Shown here in pieces: positions 8,973-18,111 of a stretch of DNA of 64,000 nt. Within the stretch, counting starts at the first letter, position 1; the number at the start of each line of letters is the position of its first letter. Both the position numbers and the translations under genes were made by a program. The stretch lies in assembly GCA_958428295.1 (NCBI GenBank), contig CAUAFL010000006.1:11745-75744 (forward strand), given 5' to 3'. The notes under the pieces were generated by a model. It saw only the letters and a program-made list of their open reading frames with translations. It was not told the DNA's origin and searched no databases. The stretch comes from an uncultured Bacillota bacterium (GTDB lineage Bacteria; Bacillota_I; Bacilli_A; RF39; UBA660).

Positions 8973-10350
8973 TTACATTCCCCCAATCTGTAGTAGTTTT
9001 ATATAAAGTACTAGATTCTTGATTAAATGAATAATTGTTATTATCAATCATATCTTTGTATGTATCAATTCTATCAGCAAGTGAAGTGGTGTTAGACATA
9101 TCATCATTATAAGTAGGTATATCATTACTTCCACTATCCATAGTAGGACTACTACTTTCTGAATTAGAATTTGAAGAATTATCTTGATTAGAAGATTGAC
9201 TTGCAGATTCCAAATTAGAAGATGAAGAATTTGATGTCATATTAGGATCATTACCACTTGAATTACTGTCTGGTGTAGAAGAAGAATTATCATTACTATT
9301 ATTTGAATTAGTAGAGTTATCTTCTGTTTTCCCATATCTTGACATAGCTATCATACTTGTACCTAGTGCAGCCATACTATGTAATTCACTCATATTCGCC
9401 ATTGTTCCAGTATTTGCATTTAACAAAGCACTTACTAATTGTGGCGATGATATGATAAAGAGTAAAGCACCTATGATGATAAGTATAACAGACATAGCAT
9501 AAGAAGTACCTTTTACAACTGTACCAAAAACATTAAATAATATTCCAATACATAGGTACTGGACAGCAGTAACTAGGAATGTACCTAAAACACCTTTTGC
9601 CCATACTTCAAATGTATGTGATCTATTTGATATTAAAGACGTACACACAAACGGTGCGATTGCCTTATATAAAGCCAGTTCTATCACTCGTTTAGCAACT
9701 TGAATTCCAATAAAAAATAAAAGAACGACGACGACTAAACCAACTATGAAAACAGAAAAGGTATGAAAACTATATTTATATTCCCCTGAATCAAAAAGAC
9801 CGTCATTCATAACAGCATTATAATCAACCGTCCACCAGTTCTCTATAAAGTATTTTTTATCAGATTCGTCCATTTTGCTATCATCTGCAAAAGCCGTAAG
9901 TATCATTGAAGACATACTAGCTTCAAAAGAAGTAGGACTTGTTTCTGCAGTAGATGAAACTGATATTGTATATTGTGTAAGTTTAGATGATACATCATAC
10001 CCCCAATTAAATATAGGTGGAATTAAAAACATCATTACTATACAAAAAATGATACCCCTAAATACCCTAGTAGGGGAAGAATTATCATCTTGATTGACAA
10101 AATATCTCATTATAATTTCAATAATAACTTTCAGTACTAGCCAAGTACAGGCCACAATGATTGCAGCCGAATAAATCTTATTTACATACGGATTATCAAA
10201 AAACTTAAATTTCCATATATCATTGATAATCAAAAACATACCGTCTAGTAAAATGAGTACACCTTTTGCCAACATCCAAAATACCCAACGGATCGCGTCT
10301 GTTATCCAACCTGCAGACTCGTGTTGTACTGTTAATAACTGTAACATCAT
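8941..10350 (-). CDS. Polytopic membrane protein (VirB6/TcpH-like channel component) with Ser/Asn-rich C-terminal tail
   Basis: 469 aa. Multiple TM segments. The tail is low-complexity SNSNNSNDNSSSTPDSNSSGNDPN... (about 9060-9320). Confidence 0.5.
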   Translation of the reverse strand: MMLQLLTVQHESAGWITDAIRWVFWMLAKGVLILLDGMFLIINDIWKFKFFDNPYVNKIYSAAIIVACTWLVLKVIIEIIMRYFVNQDDNSSPTRVFRGIIFCIVMMFLIPPIFNWGYDVSSKLTQYTISVSSTAETSPTSFEASMSSMILTAFADDSKMDESDKKYFIENWWTVDYNAVMNDGLFDSGEYKYSFHTFSVFIVGLVVVVLLFFIGIQVAKRVIELALYKAIAPFVCTSLISNRSHTFEVWAKGVLGTFLVTAVQYLCIGILFNVFGTVVKGTSYAMSVILIIIGALLFIISSPQLVSALLNANTGTMANMSELHSMAALGTSMIAMSRYGKTEDNSTNSNNSNDNSSSTPDSNSSGNDPNMTSNSSSSNLESASQSSNQDNSSNSNSESSSPTMDSGSNDIPTYNDDMSNTTSLADRIDTYKDMIDNNNYSFNQESSTLYKTTTDWGNVNVSNTEEHKG

Positions 10351-10361
10351 ACAAACACCAC

Positions 10362-11264
10362 CTACATTGTCATTTTATTTTCTTTGGTATAGTCGTGTTC
10401 TAATTTTATTTCTAAACCACCTATATCAGCAAATAATCTTTTTGTCATATATATAGCGTCTGGTGTAAGTTTTCTTTGCCAACATTGATTTTTAGGCGAC
10501 CACTTGTAGGCGTGACTTTTTAATTCTTCTATTACTTCTTGACTTGGTTTTTCATCAAAGAATATTTTGACACGATTATCTTCTTTATCAAAACGGACTT
10601 CGCCATTATTAAAATAGTAGTCATTCATTTGTAGTTTATCCATTTTTTCTAACTGTTTTAAACGATCCTTTACTGATTTTATATTTTGATTAGAGTTCGC
10701 TAATACATAAGGTGGAAGTGGATCTTCATTATTTTTTCTAGCTTTCTTATTATAATTCAAATATGATTGATGATTTTCTTCTAAAAATTCTAATTTTGCT
10801 TGTAATTTTTCTTTTACAAGTGGATCGTCACTACTAATTGGCTCATTATATCCATTTCTATACTTACTTATAATTTCTTCTTTTGTATAAGCATTTTTTA
10901 ACATATCATCAGTATTTTTATAGAATCTCTTTATCTTGTCTTCAATAGTATAAAGTGTGTTATCTATTTTAGCTTGGACCTTACACATTTTTTCAACAGG
11001 ATATTTTGCTGGACCAGCCACATTGACAGGCACAAAATTTGCATTAACTCTTAATAATTCATTATAACTGTCAGTAATTAGCTCTTTAAATTGTTCTTTT
11101 CTTTTATTTACAATTTCTAATTGTTTTTCGTTTAGTTCTCTGATTCCGTATAATTCAACAAATCTTTGATGTTCGTGATTAGCGTCATCTTGAATATGAG
11201 TGCCACGATTATACATACTCTGATTATCAGAACGTCTTACTAAATCTTTATCTAATTCTATCAA
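10362..11264 (-). CDS. Hypothetical conjugative-element protein (300 aa)
   Basis: TTG start 7 nt after GGGGG. C-terminal ...HAYKWSPKNQCWQRKL motif. I recognise no catalytic motif. Confidence 0.55.
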   Translation of the reverse strand: MIELDKDLVRRSDNQSMYNRGTHIQDDANHEHQRFVELYGIRELNEKQLEIVNKRKEQFKELITDSYNELLRVNANFVPVNVAGPAKYPVEKMCKVQAKIDNTLYTIEDKIKRFYKNTDDMLKNAYTKEEIISKYRNGYNEPISSDDPLVKEKLQAKLEFLEENHQSYLNYNKKARKNNEDPLPPYVLANSNQNIKSVKDRLKQLEKMDKLQMNDYYFNNGEVRFDKEDNRVKIFFDEKPSQEVIEELKSHAYKWSPKNQCWQRKLTPDAIYMTKRLFADIGGLEIKLEHDYTKENKMTM

Positions 11265-11277
11265 TTTTTAACCCCCT

Positions 11278-11940
11278 TTACATTTTTATAGTTTTTTCAT
11301 CTTTGAAATTAAAACAACCGTCGCTTGGTTTCCTATATGGAAGACCGAAGTCATCGTACAAATCTTTTTCTCTAAAGTTACGTCTATCATAATTTTTTCC
11401 AAGATATTGTTCTATAAGCCGACAATTTTCTTCCCATTCAAAACCCAAAGATGAAAATATAAGAATATCCTTATATAATAAATCTGTTTCATAATTTGAA
11501 GCTAACCCTAAAGCATTTTCAATAGTGGAAGAAAACTCTCTTGTACCACTACCTAAATTGATTTTAAAATCATATTCTTTCTTTGGATCAAACTTAAAAT
11601 AATCACGATGATAAATATTATTTTTTTCACAAAAAACATCTTGACTAACAAGATACTTTTTATAATCTTTACAATCATCTTTGTTAGTATTATATTTCTC
11701 AATAACTTGTTCAGTTGTAAGTTCATCATCTACTAACCATATAAGACATTGTAATTTGTTTTTAAATTCTTCTTCCCACCATTCATTAGTGGAATTATCA
11801 ACACCAAAATATCCTTTACCATTTTTATTTTTTACAAGGAATTTTCCAGTTAAATAACTAGGCATTTTACCATAGTCAGAGTTTTCTCGCTCATTAAATA
11901 AACGACTATAAAGATTAAAATCTATTTCATATATCTTCAT
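11278..11940 (-). CDS. Hypothetical protein (220 aa)
   Basis: GGGGG SD. The ATG overlaps the stop of the upstream RHH gene (ATGA). Confidence 0.55.
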   Translation of the reverse strand: MKIYEIDFNLYSRLFNERENSDYGKMPSYLTGKFLVKNKNGKGYFGVDNSTNEWWEEEFKNKLQCLIWLVDDELTTEQVIEKYNTNKDDCKDYKKYLVSQDVFCEKNNIYHRDYFKFDPKKEYDFKINLGSGTREFSSTIENALGLASNYETDLLYKDILIFSSLGFEWEENCRLIEQYLGKNYDRRNFREKDLYDDFGLPYRKPSDGCFNFKDEKTIKM

Positions 11941-12137
11941 TTATAACCCCCTGATAACTTCTTATTGAAATTATCCACATCATAAATATTTTTATCTTTT
12001 TCCAAAGTATTAGAAACAATTTCACATTCCTTTAAATCTTTTTTTATTAGTGTCCTTATATAATCAGACATAGAAATATCTAATTCTTTGGATCTTTTTC
12101 TTATATCTTTTTTGAGATTTTTTGTTATGTAAAACAT
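11937..12137 (-). CDS. Small RHH/CopG-like DNA-binding protein (66 aa)
   Basis: KRSKELDISMSDYIRTLIKKDL is a typical RHH helix pattern. Confidence 0.45.
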   Translation of the reverse strand: MFYITKNLKKDIRKRSKELDISMSDYIRTLIKKDLKECEIVSNTLEKDKNIYDVDNFNKKLSGGYK

Positions 12138-12166
12138 AAACTTTGTATTATATCTTTTAATTTTAA

Positions 12167-12781
12167 TTACCCCCTTAATTCACATATAACAATAAGTCGT
12201 TGCTTACTATTATTTTTACAAGTAACAAGTGTTAATTGTTTTTTGTCATTTATACTATTGAAATAAGACATATCATTATCATTGATTGTATGTTTACTGA
12301 TAATAGTAAAATAGTAAGTATTTTGATGAGTAACAATCTTTACTTGATCGCCAACTCTCATATAATGTAATTTTTGAAACACATTACTGGTGCTATGGCC
12401 TGCTAGAATCATATTACCAAATTCATCATCTAAATTAGCAGATACAGATAAAGTACCAACTAAATTTTTATCTAAAACTTTTTTTGATGTTCCTGTTGTG
12501 ATAAGTCTTTTAATTCCATACCCAGAAAGTTCTATATATCCTAAATAGTTATCAGTTAATACAAATTCCTGTTTTGGTGTTTCAATTATAGTAGGTGTTT
12601 CTTCTGGTATTTCTACTTCTGGTGTAGGAACATCTGGAAACAAATCATTGATAATAGTTTCTGTTTCTTGTTTATCTATTTCTTTATTATGTAGAAAACA
12701 ATAAGTAGAAAGGATCGCCACTATAATTAGTAACAATCCAATCACTACAAGTATTTTATTTATTATTTTTCTTTTTAGCAT
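12167..12781 (-). CDS. Sortase (Cys transpeptidase) dedicated to the adjacent adhesin
   Basis: N-terminal TM. LAGHS (His), TLVTC (Cys) and QRLIV (Arg) motifs. Overlaps the adhesin 3' end by 26 nt. Confidence 0.8.
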   Translation of the reverse strand: MLKRKIINKILVVIGLLLIIVAILSTYCFLHNKEIDKQETETIINDLFPDVPTPEVEIPEETPTIIETPKQEFVLTDNYLGYIELSGYGIKRLITTGTSKKVLDKNLVGTLSVSANLDDEFGNMILAGHSTSNVFQKLHYMRVGDQVKIVTHQNTYYFTIISKHTINDNDMSYFNSINDKKQLTLVTCKNNSKQRLIVICELRG

Positions 12782-15494
12782 ATAATAGAAGACCTAACCC
12801 TACTAGGGCAGTACCCATAATAGTAATAACACTAGTTATATCAGTATTGAATGTTTTAGGCATTTCTACTTTTTCATTAGTCATTGTTGCTTTTACAACT
12901 TCGCCATTCTCTAAAATTTCAAAATACATTTTTTCTTCATTCAAAATATAATTTTCTGGTGCTTCTTTTTCAAGAATGTAGTACTTACCATATTCTAAAT
13001 CTTTAATGATGATTTTACCGTTTTCATCAGTACGACCAGAAAAGATAAGTTCTTCTGTTTCAGCATTATATACTTCAATCAATGTGTTAGGAAGTGGATC
13101 GCCAGTAGATAAATCTACCTTTGTAAATTCCAAATCTCCTTTAAATTTTTCATTAGTCATACTAGCTTTTACAACTTCGCCATTTTCTAAAATCTCAAAA
13201 TATACTTTCTCATCAGATAATTTATAACCTGTTACTGTTTCAGTTTCAATTATATAGAATTTTCCAATAAATAGATTTTCTATTTTGATTTTACCGTTTT
13301 CATCAGTAACACCACTATAAATAAGTTCATCGTCAGAAGTATATATTTCTATTTTTACATTAGGAAGTTCCTTACCACTTGTTAGATCAGTTTTACGAAA
13401 ATCTAAACTTCCTTTTCCTAGATAGTTTTTAAGAGTAAATGTTTTTTTGATTATAGGTGTATATTGATCCTTATATTCAAGAACAAACTCATATTCTTCA
13501 TTATCTAAAATATGATTTCCAGTAGTAGAAATTTCTTTTATAATATACTTTCCAAGTTTTAAATCTTCAAATCTTACAAAACCTTTATCATTTGTTTCAA
13601 GTGTTTTAATAAGATTACCTGATTCATCATATAAACCAAATACTACATTAGGAAGTTCTATTTCTTCATAAGTATATGTACCATTTTCAATTACTATTTG
13701 TTCGCCAACTTTATTTAATTCAATAACACCTTTAACTTCTTGATTTTCAAAATGAATTTCAAGTATGGCGTCAAAGTCATCAGTTTTCTTAATATCGGCT
13801 TTCTCATCTATAGTAAATGGAAGTGGTGTAGAATTCCAAACATACCCATAAACAACTTGATTTACTTCTTCTAATTGATAATTACCACTATTTAATGGAT
13901 ATGGTGTAATTAAGACACCGTCCTTATCAGTTTCAAATTCACAATAAGTTGTTGTAGTAGGATAAGATACTGTTTGACATACATACTTACCAGTTGCTAA
14001 ATCTTTAATTTTAAACTTAATACCAGCTTGTGTAACATTATTACCGTCTTGATCTACTTTAACTACTTTTAATCTTGATGTGATTTCAGCATTTGAGAAA
14101 ACCTTATTGATAGTAGGACCTAAATCTCTAACTTCAAAATGATAATCTTCTATTTTTTCAAACCCACTTGTAGAAGTAAGTTGTCTTAATGTGTAATCGC
14201 CATAAGGAAGTGAAAAGTAAATCTTACCGTCTTTATCTGTAGTTTCTATTGATACTAAATTATTATTATGATCATAGATAGCAAATTCAACCCCAATCTC
14301 TGGTGTCATAATTTGTGTTTTATCAGAAGCATAAACTTTTGTAATTTCATATTCACGAGTGATTACTTCTTCGTAAACATCTACTTTAACAAGTAAATTA
14401 TTTTCATCTACTGTGAAGTAATACTTTTGAGTATCTAATTTATATCCTTGACTAGGTGTAATTTCTTGCAAATAAAATCTACCTAAATCAGGTAGATAAT
14501 CACTTCTTGCAAAAGCATTATTATCCGTTGTTATTGTTCCAACAAGATCGTTTGTTTCGGCATTGTATATTCCATAAGTGGCATTAGAAAGTGAAGCTAA
14601 TCCCTGTGGAATTACTTCGCCTGTGTCTTTATCTCTCTTTGTGATTTCAACACGACCACCAACTACTTTTAAATTGATAGTAGAATATAAAGGATCAAAT
14701 GATCCAACTCTAAATACATTTTGAGTGCCTTCCTTAAAATATACTACTGGTGGTGTAGGATATAAAGAATCTTCCTTTGATAACTTAATAGTAGCATTTC
14801 CGACACCAGTAGCAGTAATTGAAAGTGAATTACCATTGATACTTGCACTTGCATTACTTTGTTCTTTTACTCTATACCCATTTAAAACATTATTTACATC
14901 ATTTAATGTAATAGTTTTTCCTAAAGGTAGTGTAATAGATTCTGAATTAAAGTTAGGCCTTTTATTGTGTTGAGCAACTAAACTTTCAATCTCATTTATT
15001 TCATCAATAAATAAATTGTCATTTCTAGTACCATTTAAACCGTCAGTAAAGTAAATAGTACTTGTTGGCTCTGCAGTACGCCAAATCAATACTTGTGTAA
15101 CAGCATACCATTTTGGGGTATTATGATTTCCATATCCATACCCATAATAGGCAAGTAAACTAATTCTATCCCATTGTTCTGGTGTCATATTAAGATAAGT
15201 TGCATAATCACTTCGTGCAACATTATAAATAAGGTTATTATCAATATCAACAAATGGTTGAAGACAATAAACAAAAGCATTATCTTCACTACGACGCATA
15301 AATCTTGCTTGTTTATAAGCAACATAACCGTCGGATCTTGCTTTTTTCAAATATACATTTGAAATATATTCGCTAGGCCAAATAGCTTGTCCTGCATAAG
15401 TTTCAGCTTTGACTTCTAAAGTAGAAGTGGCAAAGCCTAAAACTATACCCAGTAAAATGGGTATAGCAAGTAAAATTTTTCTTTTTATATTCAT
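12756..15494 (-). CDS. Surface adhesin: signal peptide, N-terminal thioester domain, multiple CnaB/SpaA-type repeats, C-terminal sorting signal
   Basis: 912 aa. VYCLQP (Cys77) and AVTQVLIW (Gln134) match the Cys...TQxx(I/V)W thioester-domain signature. Repeats begin ITKRD, VKVD, LNKVG, FRKTD, FTKVD. The tail is MPKTFN, then a hydrophobic stretch, then KKKNNK. Confidence 0.8.
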   Translation of the reverse strand: MNIKRKILLAIPILLGIVLGFATSTLEVKAETYAGQAIWPSEYISNVYLKKARSDGYVAYKQARFMRRSEDNAFVYCLQPFVDIDNNLIYNVARSDYATYLNMTPEQWDRISLLAYYGYGYGNHNTPKWYAVTQVLIWRTAEPTSTIYFTDGLNGTRNDNLFIDEINEIESLVAQHNKRPNFNSESITLPLGKTITLNDVNNVLNGYRVKEQSNASASINGNSLSITATGVGNATIKLSKEDSLYPTPPVVYFKEGTQNVFRVGSFDPLYSTINLKVVGGRVEITKRDKDTGEVIPQGLASLSNATYGIYNAETNDLVGTITTDNNAFARSDYLPDLGRFYLQEITPSQGYKLDTQKYYFTVDENNLLVKVDVYEEVITREYEITKVYASDKTQIMTPEIGVEFAIYDHNNNLVSIETTDKDGKIYFSLPYGDYTLRQLTSTSGFEKIEDYHFEVRDLGPTINKVFSNAEITSRLKVVKVDQDGNNVTQAGIKFKIKDLATGKYVCQTVSYPTTTTYCEFETDKDGVLITPYPLNSGNYQLEEVNQVVYGYVWNSTPLPFTIDEKADIKKTDDFDAILEIHFENQEVKGVIELNKVGEQIVIENGTYTYEEIELPNVVFGLYDESGNLIKTLETNDKGFVRFEDLKLGKYIIKEISTTGNHILDNEEYEFVLEYKDQYTPIIKKTFTLKNYLGKGSLDFRKTDLTSGKELPNVKIEIYTSDDELIYSGVTDENGKIKIENLFIGKFYIIETETVTGYKLSDEKVYFEILENGEVVKASMTNEKFKGDLEFTKVDLSTGDPLPNTLIEVYNAETEELIFSGRTDENGKIIIKDLEYGKYYILEKEAPENYILNEEKMYFEILENGEVVKATMTNEKVEMPKTFNTDITSVITIMGTALVGLGLLLYAKKKNNK
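12870..13409 (-). repeat. Two tandem repeats of about 264 bp encoding near-identical CnaB-like modules
   Basis: ...GKFYIIETETVTGYKLSDEKVYFEILENGEVVKASMTNEK followed by ...GKYYILEKEAPENYILNEEKMYFEILENGEVVKATMTNEK. DNA similarity is visible, for example near 12890 versus 13160. Confidence 0.7.
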
Positions 15495-15539
15495 TAAAAT
15501 TCCCCCTTATAAATTCATAAAAAAAAGACCTTTACGGCC

Positions 15540-16154
15540 TTATGATTCTAATTCTATATATTGAATGTGATAACCTAAAAATTTACCAGAGTAACTATAA
15601 GTTTCATCACATCTAAAACGATAATTTTCTAACCCTGTATAATTTGCACCTGCATTATAACAAGCATTTTTTGTTTCTTCCATACTTCCTAATTTATTTA
15701 CATCAAAATCTACTGTTTTCCAAGAAATCTCTGGACTATTGTAATAATCATATTCACTAATACCTAATTTTTCCCATTCTGTAGGTTGTTTAGGTTGTGG
15801 AACAACAACTTCTGGTGTAGTAGAAGTTTGTACTTCTACCTTATTATTTTGAGAAGTTTGTACTTCCTGTTTTGGTTGAGAAGTATTTTCTTTTTGAATA
15901 ACAACTTCTTGTTTTACTTCTGGAGCAATTTCTTCTTGTTTTGTTTCTAATACTTCTTGATCTTCCTTATTATCTAATAGAGAAGTAATTATGTCTTCAT
16001 CTATTAACTCTTGTTTTTCATTTGATGATGAATCAACTATGAGATTGTCTTTTTGATTAGTTTTTGTTTCTTGATAAATATATCCTTTCACAAACACACT
16101 AATAAAACCGACTAATAAAATAATACCACTAATTTTAAATATTTTCTTTAACAT
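15540..16154 (-). CDS. Membrane-anchored or secreted protein with acidic/Gln-rich linker
   Basis: I prefer the internal ATG (MLKKIFKISGIILLVGF...) after the AAAGGA SD. The track ORF extends to 16199. Confidence 0.5.
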   Translation of the reverse strand: MLKKIFKISGIILLVGFISVFVKGYIYQETKTNQKDNLIVDSSSNEKQELIDEDIITSLLDNKEDQEVLETKQEEIAPEVKQEVVIQKENTSQPKQEVQTSQNNKVEVQTSTTPEVVVPQPKQPTEWEKLGISEYDYYNSPEISWKTVDFDVNKLGSMEETKNACYNAGANYTGLENYRFRCDETYSYSGKFLGYHIQYIELES

Positions 16155-16228
16155 ACATAAGCACGTCCTTTCTTTAAATGAATAATAACGCGCTTTCAAA
16201 AAAAATACAGCCCCTAAATTGAAAAAAA

Positions 16229-16564
16229 TTACATTTTTACATTTTTTTCTTGATCTATATCATCTTTTATTGATTTAGATGATGATAAAAAAGATATTCT
16301 TTCGGCAATTATAGAAATTTTATTATCCTTACCTTGTAATCTTCCTTTTATACCTAAAATATCGCCTTTTTTACAATATTCAGCGGTACTTTCTGCTATA
16401 GTATTCCAAACACTTACAGGAAAAAAATCTGTTTCATATTCGCCATTAGCATTTTTGAAAGGCCTAGAAACAGCTACAGTAAAATTACATACCTTTTTAT
16501 TATCTTCTAATTCTTTTATGGTAGGATCGCCAACAAGTCTTCCTACAATAGACATCATATTCAT
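16229..16564 (-). CDS. ssb: Single-stranded DNA-binding protein, short form
   Basis: 111 aa. OB-fold signature IVGRLVGDPTIKE...FTVAVSRPF...DFFPVSVWN. No DDIPF-type acidic C-terminal tip. Confidence 0.85.
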   Translation of the reverse strand: MNMMSIVGRLVGDPTIKELEDNKKVCNFTVAVSRPFKNANGEYETDFFPVSVWNTIAESTAEYCKKGDILGIKGRLQGKDNKISIIAERISFLSSSKSIKDDIDQEKNVKM

Positions 16565-16565
16565 T

Positions 16566-16829
16566 TTATACCCCCTTAAATTCTAAATTTAATCTTATTT
16601 TTTCTAACTCTATAAGAAGATTTTTTAATCTTTGTTGATTAAGATTCTTCTTATAAAGATTTTGATTTTTCTTTTTGTAGAATATATTAAGTAAATTCTC
16701 TACAAAGATAATGTCTTCTAAACCGTCAATTATCTTTTTTTCTACAAAACAAGTTTCAACTTCATATTCCATAATTCTAAAATATTTACACGTTTTTATA
16801 ATTTCTTTTACTAATTTTTCTTGACTCAT
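16566..16829 (-). CDS. Hypothetical protein (87 aa)
   Basis: ORF ends ...EFKGV, and these codons form the GGGGG SD of ssb. Confidence 0.5.
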   Translation of the reverse strand: MSQEKLVKEIIKTCKYFRIMEYEVETCFVEKKIIDGLEDIIFVENLLNIFYKKKNQNLYKKNLNQQRLKNLLIELEKIRLNLEFKGV

Positions 16830-16833
16830 ATGA

Positions 16834-17073
16834 TCACTTAAAATAAGTTAAGATCCAGTTTACAAATTGCACTACAAGAAATACAGAAACACCAGCGATT
16901 AGTGTTGTTCTAATTTTACGAAGCGAAGCAGCTTTCTGATGATCTTCAGAAGCTACCATATAAAAGATACAATCTTTTAAAACAAAAAAGCCCGTCGCAC
17001 CTGCAACGAACATTTTTAAATAATTTGTTGCGTCATTGATTAGACGCAAAATATCATTAAGTATTGATTCCAT
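16834..17073 (-). CDS. Small two-TM protein (VirB2/Maff2-like size and topology)
   Basis: 79 aa with two hydrophobic helices. GGGGG SD plus ATG. Confidence 0.4.
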   Translation of the reverse strand: MESILNDILRLINDATNYLKMFVAGATGFFVLKDCIFYMVASEDHQKAASLRKIRTTLIAGVSVFLVVQFVNWILTYFK

Positions 17074-17084
17074 TTATAACCCCC

Positions 17085-17585
17085 TTATATTTTGTATGTT
17101 TCTAAAAGTTCTTCAATATTTTTGTTTTCAAGTTGTTTTTTAGTTTCTCGACACGCCTTAAAAATTAAACCTAATTGATTATCAGAATTTATTTCTAAAG
17201 TTTTATTGTTAAATTCATATTCAAACTCTTTTTCTATATTACCACTATGCGAATTATACATTGATACTTCTATAGTAGTACTATTATCATTTACTGATCC
17301 TACTTGAAAACTAAATTTGTAATCATCTTTTTCAATATCATTAAACATATTTATAATTATGTTTTTTGGATATTGTAAAGATTCATTTGTAAGACTAGGA
17401 TAGTCATCGCTATAATTATCATCGTAATACTTAAATACTTCTTGTAATCTTTTTAAATCATCATTACTTACATCTAAACCTTTACAAAGATATTCTTCAT
17501 AAGCAAGTAATGCAGTTCCAATTTCTGATCTTGAACAATCTTTAAATTGTTTTATAAGTTCTTCTAATTTATTTATAAAAACCAA
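17085..17585 (-). CDS. Hypothetical acidic protein (about 163-166 aa); start codon uncertain
   Basis: The track TTG start abuts the GGGGG SD with 0 nt spacing. An in-frame ATA lies 9 nt after the SD. Confidence 0.5.
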   Translation of the reverse strand: MVFINKLEELIKQFKDCSRSEIGTALLAYEEYLCKGLDVSNDDLKRLQEVFKYYDDNYSDDYPSLTNESLQYPKNIIINMFNDIEKDDYKFSFQVGSVNDNSTTIEVSMYNSHSGNIEKEFEYEFNNKTLEINSDNQLGLIFKACRETKKQLENKNIEELLETYKI

Positions 17586-17643
17586 CCCCCAATATTCTTT
17601 TAGTGAAATATTTTAGACTTTTCTTTTTAACACCCCCAATCAT

Positions 17644-17670
17644 AAAAAATAGATGTTATCTAAAACATCT
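17644..17670 (-). terminator. Intrinsic terminator after the sigma-like regulator gene
   Basis: AGATGTT-N6-AACATCT (17651-17670) followed on the minus strand by ATTTTTTAT. The hairpin overlaps the stop codon. Confidence 0.6.
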
Positions 17671-18111
17671 ATCATCAAGACCAAGAGCACTTACAAACTT
17701 AATACAACCACTTTTTCTAATTTCTCTGACTTTATCTTTACCATAATTCATAATAGACAATATCTCATCTTCTTCTTTGCACTTATAAAAGGTTAGATCA
17801 AAAACTTGAAGTTCTATATCATTCAATTTACGAAGTGCCAAAGTAATTTTTGAAAGTAATTGTCTTCTTCTGTTTTCAAGTTTAGTTTCTAACATCATAT
17901 TTTTAAGAACACAATTTTCTACTGTTGATGATTTAACAGGAATAAATTGTTCATATCTAACCCTGTAATCGCTAGTAATCTTTGGAATAGCAATTTTGTC
18001 ATCAGTTCTTTTTAGATATTTTAGTAATTTGAAAACATCTAAAATAATGTTTCTTAACTTGACATAATCATATAAAGATAGCTCGTCCTTTCCTAATAAA
18101 GTATTGTTCAT
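17656..18111 (-). CDS. ArpU-like / sigma-70 region-4-like transcriptional regulator
   Basis: 151 aa. The C-terminal part ELQVFDLTFYKCKEEDEILSIMNYGKDKVREIRKSGCIKF resembles a region-4 HTH. Its position equals that of Tn916-type orf7-like regulators. Confidence 0.4.
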   Translation of the reverse strand: MNNTLLGKDELSLYDYVKLRNIILDVFKLLKYLKRTDDKIAIPKITSDYRVRYEQFIPVKSSTVENCVLKNMMLETKLENRRRQLLSKITLALRKLNDIELQVFDLTFYKCKEEDEILSIMNYGKDKVREIRKSGCIKFVSALGLDDRCFR

